DNA of 64,000 nucleotides. Origin: Tubulanus polymorphus. Taxonomy: Eukaryota > Animalia > Nemertea. A program made the translations under genes and the position numbers. Where the stretch lies: the NCBI RefSeq assembly GCF_964204645.1, contig NC_134033.1, positions 15,818,655-15,882,654 of the forward strand, read 5' to 3'. Shown piece after piece: positions 13,700 to 64,000 of this stretch. How positions within the stretch are numbered: position 1 is the first letter of the stretch; every line of letters begins with the position of its first letter. The notes beneath the pieces were generated by a model that was given only the letters and a program-made list of their open reading frames with translations, had not been told where the DNA came from and made no database searches.

Positions 13700-14604
13700 T
13701 TAATTTGTTCGCCTACGTTTAACTAATTCGTATTTTCCTTTAAAGGCCCCTTCAACATCGCGGAGCATTTTGATTGGATCGTGGTAGTTGATGTTTCTTG
13801 ACCACCCAGGGCCGCGCGCCACCAGCTCAACAGCGGGGGAAGGTGGTGCCCCCACTGGAGCGCCTGATGTTGAAGCATTCTCGTTATCATTATATTTTCT
13901 CTTCTTATTTCTATTTTTTCCAGTCGATGTCGATGTTGATGGAGGTGGTCCGGTTGATGGTGGTGGTCCGGCAGATGCTGGTGTTGACGTAGATGCTGGT
14001 GTTGACGTAGATGCTGGTGTTGACGTAGATGCTGGTGTTGACGTAGATGCTGGTGTTGACGTAGATGCTGGTGTTGACGTAGATGCTGGTGTTGACTTAG
14101 ATGTTGGTGGTCTGGTACGTGGTGGTGGTCTGGTACGTGGTGGTGGTGGTGGTGGTGGGGGAGTTGCGGGCCCTGGTGGTGTCGCTCCAGGAGTGGCGAA
14201 TTCCTCCTCATCACTGCTCTCCTCCTCAAAATTTGGTTGCGGAGGTGGAGGAGGACGAGCTGCACGTTTGCCTTTTTTTTTTGTTTTCGGACGCCCCGAA
14301 CCTATTGCGTAATCTATATCTTTAGTCTTTCGACGGGGCGACCGACGCAGTGAAGGCGTCTGAAGCTGTGGCGCCTCTGTCGGGGTCACCACTGCAGGGG
14401 CGACCACCTGCTCCACATTTACGGGAGAAGCAGGGTCCACCTCCTGCAAAGGAACCAACTCAAAAGGTGGAACAATTTCAGGAAGAGTTGGTTCCTTAGG
14501 CCCGCAGAGAGATACACACCTTGTATAAGTATCTTTTAATGCTGGAAGTGCTCTGCGGGCTGCTTCAGACTGGTCATGTTGGATGTTTTCAATGATGTCT
14601 ATAT
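13700..14604 (-). CDS. Terminal exon of an uncharacterised gene: Pro/Ser/Thr-rich disordered protein with basic NLS-like clusters and PASTST repeats
   Basis: 300-codon open frame, GC-richer than its flanks, preceded on the - strand by a long T tract plus catttcag acceptor (phase 1); AATAAA about 200 nt downstream of the stop. Confidence 0.65.
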
Positions 14605-16939
14605 CTGAAATGAAAAAAAAAAACATTAAGGATCATGCATATTACACATAAATGACATAATGACATGTTCGAATATAATTATCATATTTGTATATAGTAA
14701 CCTATAAAATAATGCAGTTATCCAATAGGTGAATGTGACGTGATGGGGTGAGAAGGGTCATTTGAACGTTTGGAAGGGATCGTAAGCTTATTTTGTGAGA
14801 AGTGATCATGTCACTGGTTGTAGACTAACGCTGTTGTAACTACACTTTTAACTGCTCTCATGATTTGCATCATCCATTACATAATAACGATGAGTTGACA
14901 GTATATCATCAGTGAGGCTGATAATTGAATCTTCCAATACACATTTTATAATGGTATTTTCATGTCTTATATACTTGATATATTTCAGAACCAACCCTGT
15001 ACGTGGACGGGTACACTTTTGTTAATTCATTAATGGAAATACTGATTGTAATAAATTACATCCTACCATTACCTTGACAATCAATTTTGGTAGATAATCA
15101 TGAATCAAAAATACACTTGATTTTTTTTCTGGGGTGATGACGTACCAGGTTCCAGGTGACAAAAACTATACATTATAATGAATAATCAATGGAATTGTTA
15201 CCCATGACCCTGGTTTCAAAATCTGCGAACCTCTTTGGAATAACACGCATGATAACTTTTCATTTATCAACCAATTGAAATGGAAACGATAAAAGATCTA
15301 ATTTAAAACAAATGTCGGGCTGTATCAACAAAAAATTAATCGATAATTCCTTTTATTCAGTAATTACTTTTCAAATGGATGAGTGAAAAATGTGTCCACA
15401 CTTCAGAAATGTATTCAATTATTTTGTAGAAAACTTTTTCATTGCATACAGTGCCACACTCCATCCACGGTAAGTGGGAGAATTTGTATATTTTCTACTG
15501 AATTTTCTCAAAAATGAAGATAAAAATATGATTGTTTTTTTTAAATATTTTATTGTTTAAACTATTTACAGCATGAATTAAAACAGAAAAACGACACAAA
15601 TAATTTCACTTCGCTGAATCTAAAACCAGTAAAAGCCATTTCACACAACACTGCCCACTACTGCACCTTCAGAAACAACACTCACTACAAACAAAAAACA
15701 TTCATTTTGAAGAACAATATTTCACTATCAACATAAATGGCTGTAATTCAATTTTCCCAATAGAATATTCATTGTCAGCAATAGGCCTATCGGTACTCCA
15801 CATATTCATTATATAACTCACCTAGAATGTATAATTCATCGTACAGCAGCCATTCATTTATTCAGATCAACAAAATTCTATTCAAATTTCAGCTGATATT
15901 CATCATACAGTAGCCTCCGCCTAAACTGCTACAGTTTGGCACCTTCTATTTTCTACCTTATTAGGCACCGGCTTTTAAGAATTGCAAAAATCAATTGATG
16001 AAAAGATTTATTGAGCCTAATAGCGGTCAAAATTATCAAGTTCTTTGTATTTTAAACAATCTGACCATGTAGTGAATCCCCAAATTTCTTCTATAACTCT
16101 TTCAGAGCCCAGTCGACTTTTGTCTACAGATCATTTCAGGTCGTACAGAGCCCTGTCGACTTTCATCGACATTTCTTATAGCAGTTTAGTCGCATAGAAT
16201 TCAGCAGAGAAATCTGCCGCTAGATGGCTTGATTAAATGGCAGTGCCCGTTAGTTTGTTTTTATGCCGCGTTTTTGTGGTGATGCTATTCAAAATATTTG
16301 AGTTTTTTGCGTTTGAAAGTAGCGGGTACTTATCCGGAGGTCACGTGATTTAATTATTAGCTCATTTACTAATTAGAATTACCCATAAAATATATATTTC
16401 TGACCGTAGACATAGAATATTCCATTGTCAGCTGTTAGCTGAGGCTAGATACCTGATTTGTTCATTTTGATACCTGAAATTTAGGGGCTTATCAAATAAA
16501 TAGGTCACCGATTATAATTCATGCAAATTAGCTCTTTTGCATAGGACGTCACTTTCAGTAAGAAAAATTACCACCAAAATTTTCCAAGGATCATATACCC
16601 TACAAACTTTTCAATTACCATAACGCTCTATCTCTTTCAGTTTTCACTCTATGGAACTCCAAAGTTTCTACTGATTTTCCTACTTTTTAGATAACAATGA
16701 TGGGCACTCTGAGGGTTTTTCTCTAAGTACACATAGAACATAAGGCCTAATCACTAACAGCAAAAATACATAAAGATGTTCTAATGTTTTTTTGTATTTT
16801 TGCTAACAGAGATAGAAGGTTGATAGTACATACATGTATTCTATAATATAGGCGAACAGCCATTACAGTTTACCGATTCAGGCAGAGAATAAACGGAAAT
16901 GAAGTGAACATTTACGGGATACGGGAAGCATTCTGAGAA

Positions 16940-17203
16940 ACCAGGTCATCGTGGATTTGAACCCCGTACATTACCATTGTGTCCCCGGCAAGACACTTAT
17001 CCTCATTCCCTCTCTCCACCCAGGAGTAAATGGGTACCTGGCCCGATAGATGACCCCGAGCGCCTAGCAGCTGTTCGAATGTTACCTCACCCCAGGAGAC
17101 TATTAAATGACTGGGGCAATAAAACTGAAAATGTGAAGCGCTCTGAGCAGCTGCTGGTTTTAGGGCTATATTAGACGTATACTATTATTATCATTATTAT
17201 CAT
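16940..17203 (+). mobile_element. tRNA-derived SINE (CORE/Meta-type body, L2-like tail)
   Basis: Decayed B box ggatttgaacc; body tgtgtccccggcaagacactt...ccacccaggagtaaatgggtacc; tail tgtgaagcgctctgag...gctatat plus (TAT)n. Confidence 0.65.
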
Positions 17204-18107
17204 CGAACAGAGCAATACCAGAAAAGGCAAAACATATGTATTGAAAAACAACATTTCATCTTTATTTCATTGAATGGAACAGATTATACTAGATATAGAC
17301 CGTCTACCAGTTTAAGTGAAGTCTACAGTATCATTAAGGGCAAAAAATCCAATAAAATTTGATACATTTTTGTAAAATGAATTTTCACCGAATTTTAGTT
17401 CGAAAAAATTGCAATATATCCTTCGAGTACCGCACATTTCCCTATATGGTTTTTGCTAAGTAAGTCTAGTTCATTTTTATTTCATGACAAACAGAAAAAG
17501 GACACAAAAAATTGCATTCAAATTTCTTCTGTATTTTCTGTATTCTCATCATCAATCAAAAATCTTCAACTTTTATTTTCAGAAACAACCGTCGGGGTAA
17601 GATCCATTTCACTCGACGCTGTCCACTACTGTACCTTCAGAAACAACCATCAGGGGTAAAAACCATTTCACACGACACTGTCTGCTGCTGCAACTTCATA
17701 CAATCAAATCCATTCACTACAAATTACAATAAGATTTTTATCTATAAAAATCAAACATCATTTAACAGCGAACAATAAACGATATTTAGAATTTAGGCCT
17801 ATTATATCACATGCATTCATTAAGTATTTCAAATAATCACTACTTACCCTTCAAGTATAGAATTATTCAGTGGAATAATTCACTATAAATACAGCTGCAG
17901 CCGTTTACAGAAAAAACAATATGAAATGTTGCCGTCGAACTTGTAAGGTGTAAAACAGGATAGACCTAGATAAATGTCAGGCCTGGATAACGGTAGAGGA
18001 AATACATTTCATGGCTTTAAGAAAATAAAAGAATTCTGAAAAAAAAACATGAAGTCAAAGGGAAGGCCTATCTGAATTATCTGGTCTCAGAACGAAATGA
18101 ATCACAG

Positions 18108-18655
18108 TTCCGATGCTGACTAAACTGTGGTCCCGATACTGACTAAACTATGGTCCTGATACTGACTAAACTGTGGTCCGGATACTGACTAAACTGTGGT
18201 CCTGATACTGACTAAACTGTGGTCCCGATACTGACTAAACTGTGGTCCAGATACTGACTAAACTGTGGTCCCGATACTGAGTAAACTGTGGTACTGATAC
18301 TAACTAAACAGTGGTACCGATACTAACTAAACTGTGGTCCCGATACTGACTAAACTGTGGTACCGATACTGACTAAACTGTGGTCCCGATACTGACTAAA
18401 CTGTGATCCCGATACTGAGTAAACTGTGATCCCGATTCTGAGTAAACTGTGATCCCAATACTGAATAAACTGCGGTCCCGATACTGACTAAACTGTGATC
18501 CCGATACTGAGTAAACTGTGATCCCGATACTGAGTAAACTGTGGTCCCGATACTGAGTAAACTGTGGTCCCGATACTGAGTAAACTGTGGTCCCGATACT
18601 GAGTAAACTGTGGTCCCGATACTGAGTAAACTGTGGTCCCGATACTGAGTAAACT
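18108..18655. repeat. 23-bp minisatellite, about 24 copies
   Basis: gatactga(c/g)taaactgtggtccc; the c variant dominates the left half and the g variant the right half. Confidence 0.95.
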
Positions 18656-19204
18656 CACTGTATAAGACTCAGTACCTAACGAGGTGCCAACCATTGACCG
18701 TAATAATGAATCCGTTAGAAATAAATCGTGTGTAAACTGTATTTGCCGCAAGGCCACAATATCTAGGATTTGCCAACAATTAGACGATGAAGATTCGGAC
18801 TATGAGCCGAGCTAGTGTACGACATTCGTATCAAACATCATATCTGTAGTTTAGATCTAGTATAAACATTGAGTGGGTGTGGCTTTAGAATAGTTAGCCG
18901 AAATGATAGCAGTTGCGAGGTACCTCCTTCCCGCCATAATCTCGGGATCTCAAACTGTCGTGAGAAACTACCTAGAGATACAAAGAACAAAGTTTAACCA
19001 ATAAATCAAAAATAGTGATCCTGAATTTCCTGACGATTGACGAATGATTAATAAAAAAGAAAATCACATGTTTTCGGATCCTGGAGTCGCAGAGAAAAAC
19101 AAAAGTACCGTAAATACTAGTGCTACTTTTCAGCGGTATCTAAAATGTTGGTCCCATAATGTGATGGGTATCTGGATACGGACAAAACAGCTATCCGGTT
19201 CCTG

Positions 19205-19600
19205 ACTTAACTATCAACTAAACTGCAGTCCAGTTATTGACTAAACTATGGACTAAACCGCAGTCCAGTTATTGACTAAACTATGGACTAAACCGCAGTC
19301 CAGTTATTGACTAAACTATGGACTAAACCGCAGTCCAGTTATTGACTTAACTATGGACTAAACTGCAGTTCAGTTATTGACTAAAATATGGACTAAACCG
19401 CAGTCCAGGTATCGACTAAAATATGGACCTAACCGCAGTCCAGTTATTGACTTAACTATGGACTACATCGCAGTCCAGTTATTGACTAAATACACTATGG
19501 ACTAAACCTGGCCAGTCCAGTTACTGATTAAAATATGGACTAAACTGAAGTCTGCTTACTGACTAAATAGTAAATGGACTGAACTGCGCAGTCCAATTAC
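19205..19600. repeat. 35-bp minisatellite
   Basis: gactaaaccgcagtccagttattgactaaactatg. Confidence 0.88.
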
Positions 19601-20306
19601 TTGATTTATCGAACGTAAATCAGGATTTTCTATGAAGTGCATTGGTCTGGAGACCTAGACAGTTTTATCTATTTATGTTGTAACTTATCTCTATTGACTG
19701 GATACAGCATTCACATGAATAACATGAGGAATATATCACAATTTCGACGATATTTGAAACCGAAACCAGGAACCAGGAAATGAGGTTACTTCCTCAAGTT
19801 AATTCTCATCCACCAGAGCCTCTACTCACTATTCAATTCAATTCAAAATTTATTCACCATTAGATTTGTTACCAAATTCAATCGAGTTTAAGGGTGGTGA
19901 CAGAATTGCATCATTCGTCAAAATGAAAAAATTATACCCGAACAATTGAAATTTGAAATAGAATAAGAGACTAGAAACATAAAATGATATGTTCAAAATA
20001 AATGTCCTAATTTTATCAGTGTGACATAAATTGAGTTTTCCAAAATTAAAAAGAGAATTGAAAGAAATTGAAATTAGATGATATTAGATTTTTTAATTGA
20101 TGATATTCGAAATAATTGAGATTTAGACAATTTGAGATTTAGGATATTTAGATAAAAAGGAGATTTAGATAAAATAATTGTGATTGTGAATTTGATATCA
20201 AATAATTTCGGATGTTGGAAATCAAATAATTTGAGATGTTCATCAAAAATAATCGAGAATTTGAGATACCCCAGATTGAGATTGATGAAGTAGACTTTGT
20301 ACTTAC

Positions 20307-20406
20307 TCAAATCAAAAAACGCGCCGAGGGTTTCAGGGTCGAGCGTCAGCACCTCGGCGCGTACCAGCTTTAACAGTCCCGAAAAAAGGTCATATTTTGT
20401 AGACAT
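20307..20406 (-). CDS. Probable first coding exon of the same - strand gene (MSTKYDLFSGLLKLVRAEVLTLDPETLGAFFDL)
   Basis: ATG at 20406; strong donor A|gtaagt in phase 1, matching the 14604 acceptor; exon acceptor ttgcag at 20531. Confidence 0.5.
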
Positions 20407-21120
20407 ATTCAAAGTTGAAGTTCAAGTTTTAATTGTTGAACTTGTAATTGTTGTAGTTGTCGTTGTACTGCTGCTGTTACTTTTATAACTGTTGCTTTTT
20501 TAACTGCTGCTGTTGATGCTGCTGCTGCTACTGCAATGTAAAAACAATCTTATAAAAATCAAGAAAATCGAAAATTATTGACTCTAAGAAATAGCTAAAT
20601 CGAGTTTCTATTAAGTAATAATAATAATTAACATTAAATTATTTTATCATTATTTTCTTAATAATAGATATAGAAGCCAGCAGGATTAAGTTGAACGACG
20701 CTTCGAATGAAAGGTTTCTATACATTCGAGTCATGGTTGAATAGACTGAGCTGTCTGTGTATTACTCCTAGGCATGTCAACGAGCCGCTTTACCGCGTAG
20801 ATTAAATGAACAGCAGAAAATTTACTTAACTTTTACAGATGCTTTAAACAATGAAATTGCATATAATTTCTTAATTATGGCTATCTATATTGAAAATCAA
20901 TGTCATGGAAATTGCGAATTCTTCAAAAATTTTAAGAGTAACACGGAAAGTGCTTTTAATTAGTAAAATAACCAAATTTACACACATTTCACACCTATTT
21001 TATAATTTGTCCTTTCGGAACTTATTTTCGGAAATTACCTAACGTAAATGGTACAAGAAATATTTTAGGTATAGTTATATAAATTTACTTTTAAAACCTG
21101 ATAGAAAAAAATGAATCTTT

Positions 21121-21210
21121 GCTTACCTGCAAAATGGCCGAACTGGAAGGAGGGATCAGCTGACCTGGGTTTTTATACCGACAGCGTGACGTCATTATCC
21201 TGACCAATGA
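21121..21210 (-). promoter_or_regulatory. TATA/Inr promoter with CRE and CCAAT plus a short non-coding first exon
   Basis: - strand order: CCAAT (21204-08), TGACGTCA (21187-94), TATAAAA (21177-71), Inr-like CCAGTT about 33 nt downstream, YY1-like GCCATTTTG, donor cag|gtaagc at 21126. Confidence 0.55.
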
Positions 21211-21468
21211 AAAGTGCTGATATTCCCGCCAAGTGTAGAAAATCAAAATGTTCTGATGGGATTCGAACCCGATTAACGCCACCCAAATTATTTCGACCAA
21301 ATCGACGAATTAAATACAATTAATTATCATCATGATGTGTCCTCAGTTAACCCCACTAGCTGTATGTTTTCATCGGTTTGAAAAACTGTTGGCGATGTAT
21401 TCTGAAAATCGCAAACACATACAAAGTTGCGTACTGAAAACCAAACTTAAAATCCCCTGCGACTACCA

Positions 21469-21545
21469 CGGGTCTATGGTCCAGTGGTTAGAGTGCTCGT
21501 CTGAAGACTTACCGGTCGCAGTGTCGAACCCGGCTGAGATCAATC
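21469..21545 (+). mobile_element. tRNA-like SINE head / tRNA pseudogene
   Basis: A box tggtccagtggttaga, decayed B box gtgtcgaacc; no clean cloverleaf. Confidence 0.5.
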
Positions 21546-22663
21546 ATTCTGGTTTGGTCATGTATTTTATTCTTTTTAATGTTTCAGATTGTATTGCGGA
21601 GATGGCTTCAGGATGGCTAGAAAATACGGATTGGACATTCTACGGGACTGTATCCATGGTGCATTCCAAAAGTGCGGAGTGACGCCCCCTTTCTTTCTTT
21701 CTAATCTTTCTTTGTATCTTCGGCTCATTAGGCAGCCAACCAATAAGTATTCGTACTTATTGTAAGGTATATGCCGAGTTGGTACTCTAAAGGTTAAAAC
21801 TTTTTAAAACTTTAAAAAGTTTGATCAAAACTAAATGACAACACTATTCAAAAGCGTAACTTTTTAACCAGCAGTTTTTTCACTCTCTTTCGATTAAGCC
21901 TACGTCATTGATCCACATAATTTCCTTGATTTTTCGACGCTTTCATAAATCGGGATTCGAACCTGCTTACTAGCCTCTCCGATAGATGGCGAATGAATAG
22001 TTCAATGAACATGTCGCGATTGAACTTGTCAAAACTTTTCCACCGGATTTACTTTTGAAAATCTTTGAAAACAACGTTTTTCCTTCTGAATATGACTAAA
22101 TACATACTATATTGATCGGTAAGAATAAGTGTCTTATGCTGACTTGTCTAATTCTTTGAAATTGAGAATGTCATTAGTTTTAACCGTTGAAATTTAATTG
22201 AAAATTAATTTTTTTTAAACAATTCAATTCAATTAATCATGTTAGTTACGTATTTTTTCTTAAGTCAAACTGGGGTGATTAATCCACAGGGCCCAGGGAG
22301 TCTCACTGGGACTCAGGGGAAACTGAGGTAACTTAGTTAGGAGTCCAACAGGGGACTCAAAGAGTAAGACAAAGTGAATTGATTAAATGGACAAACTTAG
22401 GTAATTTCAGAGTCTGCTTGGGACTCGTCAAACTAAGAGGGGGGGGGGGACAAGCTGGACTGATATTTTAGTACAAGTCTGACTGGGACTCAGAAACAAA
22501 CTGAGGTAATTAAGGAGTCTGACTGGCTGAGACAAACTGGAGGTTCGTGAAACCAAAATAGAAATCAAATCTATAGGCCTATTCTATTTTTTTAATCTTG
22601 TAGTGAGAAACTGGTTTGAGTCTGAGATCTAGAACACATCCCCTCTTTAGCGGAAACGACCCG

Positions 22664-22671
22664 TGACGTCA
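22664..22671. promoter_or_regulatory. Palindromic CRE (TGACGTCA) in the probable ferlin promoter region
   Basis: Exact motif 1.27 kb upstream of the ATG; function inferred only. Confidence 0.3.
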
Positions 22672-23932
22672 AGCCCCCTCACACTGAGTGGCTGCAACTA
22701 TCCCCTCTGAGTGGCTATTGATTGTTGAAAAATGCAAGTTAATAACTCTGTTGTTCGATAGTGACAGATGTTCGAATTGGAATTCTGTATACATCGCGTC
22801 GTATTGGGTCAGGCTTATAGCGCTGCTGCATGTATACACTATTTAATTAATATATATATATATATATATATAAATGAATGTATTTGTGGTATATACCCTA
22901 CACGGCTCTACGCTCTACGGAACTAAATACATCTGGATACCTTTTATTGCGTCTTAAATGTCATTTTGGATTTTGATACGGAAAATACGGTTTATAGGCC
23001 TATCACACGCGTACTAGAACAAACAGGTAAAATACATATGGGTGATACACCTCGTCTAGAAAAACACTCATAATCCTGGGGCCAGTTTCTCAAACGTTGG
23101 TGAGACTTGGGCCTAATACATGACGATGATCCCTGTAGTGTGAGATCGAAATGTTGTGTCTTTTTTTTTGATTGAATAGATTCTCGATTTTATAAATTTT
23201 AATCTGTATATAGTGGGTTTTTTATCTTATAACCAGTGGTTAGTTGACAATAGTGACAATTAAAAGTTCATCGTTACCATGGTATTCTGAATAATTTTTT
23301 TGTCTAACTATACATGCGCAGGGTTACCCCTCTAAAAACCATTAAAAAATAAATTGTTTTTTCCGCTAGGGCCTTTTTGATACGATGTGTTATTTTACCT
23401 TTGATTGTAATGTATACATTTGTTGTTTCAATTCAAATTTCAGAGTTAGATCCTATCGCATGGTTCCCATAGTACCGGGAAATTAGGAAAAACTTTTGGG
23501 AATTTTGAAATAATATTCCCAGTTTGGAAATATTTGGGAACTTGAGAAATTTTCCTCAAATCAGGAAAATATTCGGGGAATTCATTAGATTCCATTGATT
23601 TTTTAATTCATGTTGGCCTGACTGTGGGAACCATGCTTTTAGGAACAAAAGAGAAGTGGTAGTCAAGGGGGTCAAGAGGTAGAAATACCGGTACTTTTAA
23701 AGACTCCATTTATTAAATCCACATTCCTTGACAATGGTTAAAAGTTGAAAACTGAAAATTTTCAATAAATTTTTCAAACTTATTCATTTTTTTCATCATG
23801 GATTTTATAATCTACATCCCAGTGGCATTCCCAATTTCAGACTTTAAAAAAAATCGAATCTAATCGAAGTTAATTTATTTCTCTTTCAGATCATGAACAT
23901 CGCGAAAAAATAGTACTTAAAACGATTAAAAG

Positions 23933-62719
<38,787 letters not shown>

Positions 62720-64000
62720 ATAATAACAACAGATGGTAGCTTCTTGGCAAATGGGTGATCGCTCCACAGCAGATGGTTGGCAGAGACTGATGGTGGCATT
62801 AGTACGAATGGATCCCATGAACTAGTTTTCCTCTGGACCCTTTGCTATCTCCTCAGACACTTCGTTACTAAGGCAAACCCAAGGGCTCCGTAGTTCCTAG
62901 AGTGGATCCGTTCAGTTGGTTCTAAAGCTGGTGCTGCCTCATATTGTATTGTATGCAATGATTCAAATAAATATCCCACCTATAAGAACAATAATGGCTA
63001 ACGAATAACTTTCATTCGTAAATACGTACTTAATGTGATAATAATGACTTGTAAATATTATATTCTACACAAGTTCTATGCAAAATATTTACAACTTTGT
63101 AACATCTAAAGGTTTATTTAGTTTTTACTATATCGAACATCATTGGTCGACCATGTTTTGCTATTATGCTGTATATGTCTTATCACTGCATGTCTAGTCA
63201 CGAAATTTTCCAACTTCAAACGACTTTGTAACATCTAAAATCGAAGCTATTATGTCCAACTGTGATATCTGTAATTGATTAGTTTATATCTCTTATCGTT
63301 TTAACTTCATCAAAGGTTTTGGGAAATTTCATACATTTATTTTGTATTCTATGTGAAATCTTACATGTATAAGATATATATTTGTTCTCTTAAGTTCAAT
63401 TTGGATGATTGATTAATTTTGACTTTTGACTTTGATTAAATGTACTTAAATTGTAAAATCCAAATGGCAATGAATTACGAAAGGTTAAACAACATTCTAA
63501 TGTCTTTAGTAACTGCAATCAAAGTTTGAAATATGTCATAAAAAAGCATGGACTCTAAAACGGTTAATCCATTCGTTTTGGAGTCCATGTCATAAACCAA
63601 CATTCTGTGATGTTCCTTTGTGCGAGTTTTAATCAAAATTACTGTTAATCAAAATACATATCACTGGGTACCTCTGATACTAATATCATTGTCTGGCTCC
63701 TCTTGCTTCGTTTTTCTTTGGATGATTTCTGTTGATGTCGGGATGATTTATGAAGATGGCTGACCCAGGAGAGATATAAGCCAGGTCAGAGTGATGTTGA
63801 TGGCTAACCCAGGACAGAGCTATGAGGATAGTTGGCCCAGGACAGAGATATGAGGATGACGGACCCAGGGCTAAGCCATATACCATAGGTGTCTAGTCAG
63901 TTGCAACAGAGAAACACTGAAGGTGCTCAGAAGTGGTCCTGATGCATCCATGATCAATAGGAATGGTCTTGATCAAAACCCGTTATTATGTCCCAGAACC

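Noticed and set aside
13723-14325. Overlapping His/Gln-rich and VDVDAG ORFs
   Set aside because: Alternate frames and antisense of the 18-bp repeat within the Pro-rich exon.
20074-20306. Read-through of the 20406 ORF as a single-exon 110-aa protein
   Set aside because: Composition turns intron-like right after a consensus gtaagt donor, so the spliced model is preferred; read-through is not fully excluded.
21469-21545. Functional tRNA gene
   Set aside because: Degenerate B box and no convincing acceptor or anticodon stems; treated as a SINE head.

Overview
AT-rich animal (invertebrate-type) genomic DNA with spliceosomal introns; nothing prokaryotic and no CRISPR array. The main feature is a complete + strand otoferlin-type (type-2, no DysF) ferlin gene, ATG 23933 to stop 61758 or 62719. 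I traced it by hand through about 50 GT-AG exons with consistent phases; the longest model is about 2440 codons. The gene carries what looks like an unusually rich exon-duplication and isoform-switching system. (i) Two to three extra paralogous versions of the first C2B exon lie at 28242-29960. (ii) Frame-preserving micro-exons occur in two clusters, some visibly born by tandem duplication. (iii) A ~450-aa Ser/Gly-rich insert follows C2De. (iv) A cryptic internal terminal exon (50794-50903) would give a tail-anchored ferlin lacking C2E/C2F. (v) Two duplicated terminal TM exons mirror the vertebrate OTOF alternative C-termini. Head-to-head on the - strand is a probable unannotated spliced gene (TATA promoter near 21175, coding exons 20406-20307 and 14604-13700) encoding a death-fold-like N-terminus plus a Pro/Ser/Thr-rich basic tail. 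One ferlin intron holds a young Penelope-like retroelement fragment with a GIY-YIG ORF, 242-bp inverted pLTRs and hammerhead ribozyme motifs. The first ~12 kb is a patchwork of unrelated tandem arrays, and introns are rich in MITEs, SINEs and minisatellites. All splice models are manual inferences without RNA data, and vertebrate comparisons are from memory.
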